Positions 54,640 through 64,000 of a DNA stretch of 64,000 bases are shown here, in pieces. The DNA lies in NCBI RefSeq assembly GCF_009914755.1, contig NC_060926.1; one strand, given 5' to 3'. The position numbers and the translations under genes were made by a program. The stretch's first letter is position 1, and the number at the start of each line of letters is the position of its first letter. The stretch comes from the human T2T-CHM13v2.0 reference genome, Homo sapiens. Below the pieces are notes generated by a model. It saw only the letters and a list, made by a program, of their open reading frames with translations. It searched no databases and was not told the DNA's origin.

Positions 54640-56400
54640 TGAATTTTTCTATCAATGCAGTAGGATGATCTTTTCAGGCACTGGTGGCATTTGCCTTTTT
54701 TTCTGAAAGTTTTTGCTAATTTTTGGTTGAGTATTTTTTCTATTGATGATTAGCTCTTTATACATTCTGGACAAAAAAATCTCTTATATGTTGGAAATAC
54801 TTTTCCTTCAATCTGTTGCCTTTTTTTCCCAACATTTTATTGTGAAAACTTCCAAACATTCAGAAAAGTCAAAAGAGTTTTACAGAGAATACCCATGCAC
54901 TCACTACCTAGCTTCTACCTTTAACTTTTACTACCTTTGCATTATCATGTATTCATTTATTAATCCGGCTTATTTTTTGGTGCATTTCAAAACAAGTTGT
55001 CACCAATACTCTTATCCCCAAATACTTCAGCATCATTTAGAGTTCATCAATTTTTTATAATTTTTTTCTCCAAAGATAAAATTTACATAAAGTAAAACAT
55101 ACAAATCCTATGTGTGCATTTGCTAAATTTTGACCAAGGATACAGCTGTCTCTCAAACCCTTGTCAAGATAAAGAATACTACCGTAACTCCCAGAAAGTT
55201 ATCTGCTTTCCAGGTAATCCCTCCTCTCCTGCCCCCATTGGTAACCTCTGTTCTGAGATTCTTTTCCGTCATAAATTAGTCTTACCTCTTCCTGAACTTC
55301 ATATTAATGGAACCATAACAGTATATGGTCTTTTGTGTCGTGTCTGGTTTCTTTTGCTCAGAATATGAGATCCATGTTACAATTATCAGTAATTTCTTCC
55401 TTTTTATTACTAAGTAGTAGTCTATTGTGTGAACAAACCATGCTTTGTCTATTGTCTTATTAATGAACACCTGAGTTCTTACCAGTTTGGGGCTATGATG
55501 AATAAATCTGCTATGAATACTCTCATACAAAGCATATGAGTCTCTTTTGTGAACATATGTTTTTATTCTGCAGCATGTTTTTTAATTGCTTGTGGTGTAT
55601 TTTATGTAGAAGTTGTCATCTTAGGTGGTGGGTGCCTATAGTCCCAGCTACTCGGGAGGCTGAGGCAGGAGAATGGCGTGAACCCCGGGGGGCGAAGCCT
55701 GCAGCGAGCCAAGATCGCGCCACTGCACTCCAGCCTGGGCGACAGAGTGAGACTCCGTCTCAAAAAAAAAAAAAAAAAAAAAAAAAAAAGAAGTCAGATT
55801 TGTCAGTCTGTCAGTCTTGCTTAGGTTTCTGTATTTTGTATCTCGTTTAAGACAACTTATCTATGACAAAGTTTTAAATATATTTTCTTATGTTTTATTC
55901 ATATAACCAGTACAGTTTGGGGTTTTTTTTTCACCTTAATCCACCTGGAATTTATTTTTTTAGTGATCCACAGTATTTAGTTTTTACCCCACAGAAAGCC
56001 AGCACTGTTGTCTTTTTGTCCACCAGCCTAAATTGATCCTTTGACAATATACCAAAGTCTAATACATACGGTTCTGTATCTCAGCTCTTGCCTTTTTCAT
56101 TGATCCTTTTGTTTAATCTACATTATTTTAATTACTTGAGTTTTATCTGTTTTGAGTTTCTTGTCTTTATTTTTCAAAATCATCGTGGCTCTTTTTACAT
56201 TGTCTTTTTATGTGCATCTTAGAATTAGTTGAAGCTTTTCAGAAAGTTCTTTGGAGGTCTCATTTAGGATTACAGTAACTCTTGATTTAGGGAAGAATTG
56301 CCATTTTTCCAGATGTTTTCCAAGATGTATAATATTTTTATCCATCGATTGTGTTTGGTTTTGGATGCTTTTAGTACACTTGATTTTTCTTCCTTCAAAT
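54640..56400 (-). mobile_element. Degenerate old L1 (L1ME/MB-like) fragments
   Basis: T-rich antisense L1 motifs such as cttcctgaacttcatattaatggaaccata and ccagtttggggctatgatgaataaa. Boundaries approximate. Confidence 0.6.
55624..55790 (+). mobile_element. 5'-truncated young AluY (Ye-like) right arm with a ~28-nt pure A tail
   Basis: gaatggcgtgaaccccggggggcgaagcctgcag diagnostic segment, many intact CpGs. Confidence 0.9.
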
Positions 56401-57639
56401 CCCGCACATTTCCTATTTGCTTTTTCTGGGAAAGAGGGGAGGATGCCTTGCATCCAGCCCTTATCTCCACCACAGTTTCCCTTTGTGTGCCTGCCTCCCA
56501 CTGCCCCTTTCTTTCCCTGCCTGAGGTATCGCTGAGGGCAGGCCCATGGCCTAATGTTTGACTGATAAAACACTCTTCCCAGCACTTTGACTCTGGAGCG
56601 AGCAAGGCAAGGAGGGGCCATTTGGAGGGCAGCATCCTTGAAGCTGCAGGGCATGTTTGTGTTCTTGGCCACAGTAACCGGCCCCCCAGCCACCAGCACC
56701 CCGGGGTCCCGTCTCTGAGCTGCCTGCTGGACTATGCAACAGGCGCCCACCCTCCAGCATGTTCTCCTTGTGCTAAATTAGCCAGGGCTGGTTTCTGTCG
56801 CTGGCAGCCAAAGCAGTGACTCATTCCTACCTGTCAGAAGGACCGAATACAAAAGTTGCATGAAGTCTCTTTAAACAAGATGAATTAGAAGGTGTGGGGT
56901 GATGGACTGATTGTGAAAATCTCCCCTGTCGAGACCAGAATGGGGCTGTGAGGAGATGGGAAATAGCAAGGCAAAAGGTGGTCTCTAATCTTTTTGGGTA
57001 ACTTCTACCACTTGCTGTTTTTGTTTTTTTTTTTTCCTGGAAACTCTATCTTTCCTGAGGCAACCCCTAAGTCCTTAGAAGACTGTATGACCGAGGAGAA
57101 GATATATTAGAATGTTGAAGGCTTTTTTTCTGGGCATGTTATAGAATGATTACAGGTATTACAGAAAAGGACCCAGGAAGGCATGATTATAATAACCACT
57201 CAGGCTCCATAAAGTAGATTTGGGAAGAGTTAGTTCTTACAATAACCACTTACCTAATAGCTAAACAAGATCAAACTTGGCCTACCACTCTTAAAAGACA
57301 CCATCAAGATGTCGTGTTTCATTGCCGATATCAGAGAGCTTATGCAACCCCATTAAAAATATATTTTAGATGGTCATTTTCCTAAAATCTTAATCTGAGT
57401 ATTAAGGTCCTACCATGTACTAGACACACATGAGAATATCAAAATGCTTAAAACCAGGGCATGGTAAACAGGCCATGTTCTTAAAGGTCTCACAATCAGT
57501 AAGCGGAAAGACCACAGTAAAATTCTCTAGTGTAGTTCCCAGGGAAAGAGCTGTTTCAGGAGCTTAGGTGAGAGTAGTGGGCCTACAGCTCCATGGGGTG
57601 TCTCACCCACTTCCCCCTCATCTCGGGGTCCCCTCTAAT

Positions 57640-57870
57640 GATGCCTATAATGACAGCTAACCGTTAGGCACTTGCTACGTGTGAGGCACGGTTCAAAGCA
57701 TCTCATAGTTCATTTTCATCTCAGAACAACAGCCCTTTGAAGCAGCTGCTATTACCACCCCAAGTGTCCAGACAGGAAAACCAAGTCATGAGGTGGTTAA
57801 GCCACTTGCCCAGGGACATCAGGCTCCTCAATGGCAGAGCGAGGATGTGAGGCCAGGCAGTGTGGCTCTG
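57640..57870 (-). mobile_element. MIR
   Basis: ataatgacagctaac...gacaggaaaaccaag...ggttaagccacttgcccagg core. Confidence 0.7.
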
Positions 57871-59604
57871 CCAGAGAATGGACGTCTGACCACGCACCTG
57901 CTGCCTTGCAGGGCCCGTCGGACCAGGAGCAGGAACAGGGGGCTGAGACCAGCCAGCCAGGGTCTGCCCCAGACAGGATGCCTGTCCTGCAGCCTTGCTT
58001 CTGCATAGCTGCCAGCATTCTGGGGACTCATGACTCCATGACCTGGTCCAGATCTGCCATGAGAATGTGCATGCACAGGCCCAGGTCTCACTTGCATCTC
58101 CAGCCACCAGGGCATTTCAGCTTTGCCAGTGGCTCTTCTTGCTGTGGGGCCCTAGTCCTGCATGGACTCTTTTGACCTAACTGGAGGGCCTCCTGTGGAC
58201 GTGTGGGCTGTCCCAAGAGTCCTTGGTTTTCCTGAGCCTGCTAATTGCCACGCAGACCCCTGACAGGTGTGGCCTCTGTGTGATGGAGGGTGTGGGCCCC
58301 CCTCCTGCCCACTGCCCCATCCTCACTCTGCCATTAGGGCAGAGCAGCTCCCCAGGTATTTGTTGGGATTTAAGTCCATTTTAATGGGGGCATCGCAGTG
58401 CTAGAGTGATGGAGCAAAGGGGTCAGAAGACCCCCGGGAGTGGGCTCCCCAGCCAGGAGCCTAGAGTGAGATTGGGTGGGAAGGAGCTAGTCAGTACCCA
58501 TCAGGAGCAGAACCCTCCCACACTCATTCGTGTCTGGTTCTTGAAATCTTTTCTCTCCAGACCTGGAGCAGGGAATTGTTCTGAACCCAGAGCCTCCCGA
58601 GCCCTCAACATCTTACCCCCACCTGCCAGGCACGTACTGCCTGTGCCCCTACACTGCGCCTGAGCTGCAGCCCCAGCTGGGTGCACGTGTTCCTTTTGCT
58701 TGTTTCAATCTGGTGCACACCTTCCCTAGGGTGCCAGTGGAGAGCAGGGCTGGGGGTTCAGATCTTTGAGTTCCGCATGGACCCCACTTTGCAGCAAAAC
58801 CTATAGAGAGCAGGCAGGACTGGACTCCACAGGGACTCAGGCAGGCCATCATCCCCAGCAGCTGCTGTTTGCTTTTGAAGAGCTGGAGCTCCTCCGATTT
58901 TCTTTTTTCCTTTATAAAAAAAGTATTGAGGTACAAGTACACACAGGGAAGCACACAGCTTGCACAGCCAACTTTACACATTTCTACAGCCAAGGATTGA
59001 TTTGCCTCCCCAGTGAAGATGCAGAACCTTCCCAATTTTAAGTGAGAGCACCTCGGTGCTGCCTGCCCAGGCTCGCCCCTGACCTCCTGGCTCACCCTTG
59101 CTCTGGGGGCCTGAGCCTGGAACCCCTTCGGGGACAGACTGGGGATCCAGGCCTCTAACCTCATCCTGGGTAGGTCCCCCAAGGGTGCTCAGAGGTCCCT
59201 CAAGGCCCTTCTAACAGGAAAGGGGGCTATCTCCGCTCATGGAGTAGGTTCCGATGAGTCTCTAACTCAGTCAGAAACTCTTCCCAGTGTTACTCGACCA
59301 TGACCTTCAGGCCAATATGTGTCACTTATTTCTGCCAAGACGCCTGCTACAAAAATCCTTGACTGTAGAAGATCTGGTATATTTTCTTAAAAAGTAAATC
59401 AATTCTATTACTTTGAATTCTGGACCCTTGAAAGGGGAAAGTGGTGAGTCAAAGCTTCCTCAGGCATTGGATGACACTTTGAAAGGCTTTCTGAGGGGAA
59501 AAAAAATTGCATTTTGTCTTCAATCAGTGCCTATAGAATCTCTTTCTCATTTAAGTGTTGGTGAAAGGATTCTATTGTCTCTAACCCAAATAGTCTAAAA
59601 GACT

Positions 59605-60125
59605 TGCATTCATTCATGTATTTACTCGCTCAGCAAAGGTTCGTTGAGCCTCTATTATGTATCAGGCACAATTCATTCTACATGCTTGGGAATTAGCAAG
59701 GACAACCCCCTGCGCTCATGGAGCTGATGTTCAGTGGAGGTGGGAGGCATAAGATAACACGTAGGGGAACCAGTGACCAAGACAGTGAAAGGTGCAGGAA
59801 ATAAACAAGGCAGAGTGTAGTGGACCAGGTGCGGTGGTGGGACCAGAGAAAGGAAGGCCTCTCCTCTGAGACCTCAGGGTGATCAGGAGCAACCAGAGAA
59901 GAGCGGTCCAGACAGAGCCACTAGAGATGTGAAGCCCAGCACAGCAAATGGGGAGGAAGGGGCTGCATCGGGGACATGCGAGGGAGGGAGCCATGGATGG
60001 GGGAGATGGGCTTGAGAATTAGGCCAGGCTGCAGGGTGAGGGGGCATGCCCGAGACAGGGCTGGCCCTACATTCCCAGGACAGTGGAGGGCTCTTGTCAC
60101 AGGAGTAACATAATCTGATAGAAAC
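59605..60125 (-). mobile_element. L2 3' fragment
   Basis: cattcattcat...ttgagcctctattatgtatcaggcac start and purine-rich body. Confidence 0.6.
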
Positions 60126-60136
60126 TCCAGATTACA

Positions 60137-60580
60137 GGAGACCAAGGGGACATGGTGACTGAATGCAATATACTATCTGGAATTTTCCATTGCTATAAAA
60201 GACATGATTGGGGCAGGTGGTCAAATCTGAAGAAAATATGTAGATGTTAATATTGCATCCATGTTAATTTCCTGATTTTGATCGCTGAACTCTGGTTAGG
60301 TAAGAGGATGTCCTCATTTTTAGGAGATACACACTGAAGTATTTAGGGGCAAGGGGCAACAGGTAATTTACTCTCAATGTTCAGGAGAAAAATGTGATGT
60401 GCTTACATGCATGTGGGGCAGGATGGAATGGTGGCAGTTGGAAGGGAGAAGGATAAAGCAAAATGTGGCAAAATGGTAACATCTGGGTACTCTGGGTAAA
60501 GGCTATAAGAAAAGTGTCTCTACTATTTTGCAAACTTTTTGTGTGTCTGAAATTATTTCAAATAAAAAGTTAAAAAATTA
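60137..60580 (+). mobile_element. L1MC-like 3' end fragment
   Basis: gacatggtgactgaatgcaa...gttaatttcctgattttgat...ttatttcaaataaaaagttaaaaaa. Confidence 0.7.
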
Positions 60581-60583
60581 AGA

Positions 60584-60634
60584 GCTGTGCCTGGATTGTG
60601 GCTGTGCCTGGATTGTGGCTGTGCCTGGATTTTG
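60584..60634. repeat. 17-bp tandem repeat x3 (GCTGTGCCTGGATTGTG)
   Basis: Two perfect copies and a third with one mismatch. Confidence 0.9.
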
Positions 60635-62518
60635 GTCAGGAGTAGAAGTCAGGAGTCCACCCCGGGAGACCTGGGATGTGGACAGAGGGCAGACAGGCTT
60701 TGGAGGAAGAGGAGGGAGGACTTCCTGATGTGGAAGGTGAGGGAACAGAAGGAATCAAGGATTCTAAAGGATGATTTGGGTCAGAGCAATTAGCGGGGAT
60801 GGCGCTTCCTGAGAATAGAAGCAGGAGTGGGAAGTGAGATCGGTTGGGGAGGGGCTGGGGTGGAGGAAGAGTGAATGGAGAGTTCTGTTTTGCTGGACCA
60901 CGAACTCAACTCAGGGGTTATCTAGAAACAAAGGGCTGTCAATTCATTTTAAAGGGCTTTTTTTTAAGTTGAGTTTCTGGAAAGAAACTCCAGGAAGGTG
61001 GACTGTACCCACTGGCTGCTTAGAGAAAGCCTGGAGCATGAATATTTAGACATTTGCTTTAATGAAGCACTCTCATAAGCCGGGGAAACAGGGCCTTGAG
61101 CATCTGTTCATGAGAGGTGGATGATGGCCCAGTGGCGCCTATGGAGCATCTATGAACACAGGCCAGACAGGGCACAGGAGGGAGGTCCTCAAGCCTAGAG
61201 GATGTTAGACTCCCCCAGGGGCTTTTACAAAATACCCATACCAGAGGCCCACCTCTCTGAGTCTGTGGTGGGGGTGCAGTGTCATATTTTTAAAGGGTCC
61301 CTAAATGACTCCAGTGTGCAGCTGGGCTTGGGAGCTGCTGAATGACAGCTTGCTCAAAACTGCCAGGGATGACTCCAGCAGTGGTGGGGCAGCCACAGCA
61401 GCATCGGGTCCAGCAATGCTCCCCAGGGACAATGCTCTGAAGGACAGCAATCAGCAAGGTGCTTTCTGTCTGTTTAAATTTCTGTTGTAGTTGCAAAATG
61501 ATCAATTCTCTTTTCTGTTTCCCTTTGCCAGTTTGCCCTGGCACAGGCATCCATGCCTCCAGCCAAATTCAAGGTGAGTGGAGGACAGAGTGTGCTGTAG
61601 GGCCCAAGGCCAAGGCCAAGGCCACGGCAGGGTGGAGGTGAGGTGGCCCCGGGTTGTGAGCCTGGGGAGAGCCCAGTCATCATCAGGTGAGTCAGAGCCT
61701 TCAACTGACAAACCCAAAGAACTCAGCGAGCTCAGAGACGGGAGGCGGAGCCATAGTGTGGACCCCAGAAGGGCTAGAGGTAGAACCGAATCTGTGTGTG
61801 GCACAGGCAGTGAACGTGGGTGGATCATGCTGTGCTTGAGCCTGGCCTTCCATAGCTCAGGAGAGTGTAGAGTGTGAGGGGAATCTCATAATCATGGGAA
61901 AAGTGTCATCATCGTCCCCTGAAAAACAAGGACAGGAGGACACACAGGGGCAGGCTCTGAGAGAGCACATTCAGGTGTGAGCACTTAGAAGGGAAAATGA
62001 TGATTTGTGTTGGGGAACAGACCACAATGCACATTGCACCCGGTTAGACACCAAGCTCTTCCAGGGGAACTTCTACTTCTGATTGCTCAATACTATGCAG
62101 AAATGGCCTCCGTGGGAGCCTCCACAGGCACACCCTTGCCCGCTCCAAGTCCCTCCCAGGACCAGACTCTCTGTCCCTGCCCCAGCCAGCAAGGCTCAGA
62201 ACAGTGGCTGCTCCCAGGTAACTCCCAGCCTGATTCCGGGTCCAGTCACCAAGCTCTGGGGATGGCCTTCTGATGGCTTATAGGTAAATGCTCTCATCCC
62301 TGCTGGAAGATCCTAATAACATTTTAAATTGTGTCTCTCTGTCTGTGGGGCTGCTAGCATTAGCCAGTGTGCCTCTGACTCAGCGGGATCTCGCCGTACC
62401 TGGCACCTAGTAGGCACTCAACACACCGTTGTTGGATGGGTGTGTGGCAACTAAATGTCTGACGAGGACTCAGGTAAATCATCTTCTATGAAAGCCCAGT
62501 CTTTTCTTGGCCTCTTGA

Positions 62519-62852
<334 letters not shown>

Positions 62853-64000
62853 TGTTTGCCACTTTCAAAAGAGTAGTGAGAACATGGAGCCTATTCAAAT
62901 GACAGAACTTTTTTAAACAGCAGGTCCAGCCAGCCCTTTGGCAAAACGGCTCTCCCTTTTAGACGCCCCTTTTTGCCTCCTGGTAGCCCCCTCCTCCTTC
63001 CTCATCTCACCTGTTTGGGCCCTGGGGCCACTATTTCTCCTCTCCTTTTTAAAAGCTGCTGTCCAGGGCCATAGCGCTGCCAGGATTCTGATAAATAAGT
63101 TCACCTGAAGAAAATGACTGATCATGTCTTGATGAACTCACTGTCACTGGCTGCTCTGGGTGGCATGTGCATTTCGGACAATTTAGTTGCTTCTAAACTT
63201 GGTGGCTGGTATAAAACAGAAGTCTTCATGAGTCATAAAAAAAGGACACGTTGGAGAAATAAATGTCAATATTATGGGCTCTTTTATGGAGTATGCCCTA
63301 TGCCGTTGCTTAGAACAACCCAAGCTCACTCCCGCCTAAGGCTGCAGCTGCCCGCTTTTTCTAAATCGCTCTTCTCTCTATAGCTACAGGGCTGGCCTCT
63401 TCAGCAGTCAGGGCTGCTTGAATGTTACTTTCCAGTGGCACCTTCCCTGGTCACCCACTCATTCCCACCTTCAGTCTTACTATCTGGGCAGCAGGCTTTG
63501 CGAACACTCTGGGAGCGCCAGCTTTAATGTGTGCTAGAACCTAGGATTACTAGACCTGGGAGTGGCTGTGGAATGATAGGGAAGGACTCAGGTCCTAATC
63601 TCTGGGGGCCTGGACTATGTGCTCCATGAGAACAAGGGCTGTGTGAATGCCATCCTCGCATCCCTAGCACTGACACATAGTAGGTGCTCAGGGAATGTCT
63701 GTGGGATGATGTAGCTCTTGCTTCTGGAAGAATGTGGCTACCCTACAAGCCTGGACAAGGTAAAGAAGTACTAAGTTGGGTGGGAATGAGAGAAGCTTCC
63801 CATCTCCCTCCAGACCCCTGATAGCATCCCTCTGTGGGACCCCGTCATATATGGCCTTTCACAGTACACCAATGGGCAGCACCCAGATGGAGGCTGCTCA
63901 AAACTTCCCTCCAGAGGAAATCAGGCGTAAAGTCCTTGCCTACCAGCAGGCCAGGGCAGCCCTGGGTCACAGTGGCTGTTTTGCAATGGTGTCTGGGAAG

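Overview
Human (hominid) genomic DNA covering the BCL2L11 (BIM) locus on the + strand. It opens with the last coding exon and 3' end of the upstream gene ACOXL (C-terminal AKL peroxisomal signal). A ~5.7 kb CpG island follows, holding the BIM promoter and a GCC repeat in the 5'UTR. The full BimEL CDS is exon 8813-9206 + 35110-35213 + 49195-49293 = 597 nt, 198 aa. Also visible are the BimL/BimS internal splice sites, the BH3-less terminal exon 3 (Bim-gamma), several small stop-containing cassette exons, a ~4.2 kb miRNA-site-rich 3'UTR and ~10 kb of repeat-rich downstream sequence. This is a well-studied locus and I see no new multi-gene system. The best second-look items are: (1) an intron-1 promoter/exon whose ATG splices in frame to give a 94-aa N-terminally extended BIM; (2) a spliced uORF overlapping the BIM start, in frame with the GCC repeat read as poly-Arg; (3) exon 3 assembled from transposon pieces plus a 105-bp local duplication that supplies its stop codon; (4) an L1PA inserted inside an Alu target-site duplication. 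Isoform names, repeat subfamilies and variant identities are recalled from memory, not from a database search.
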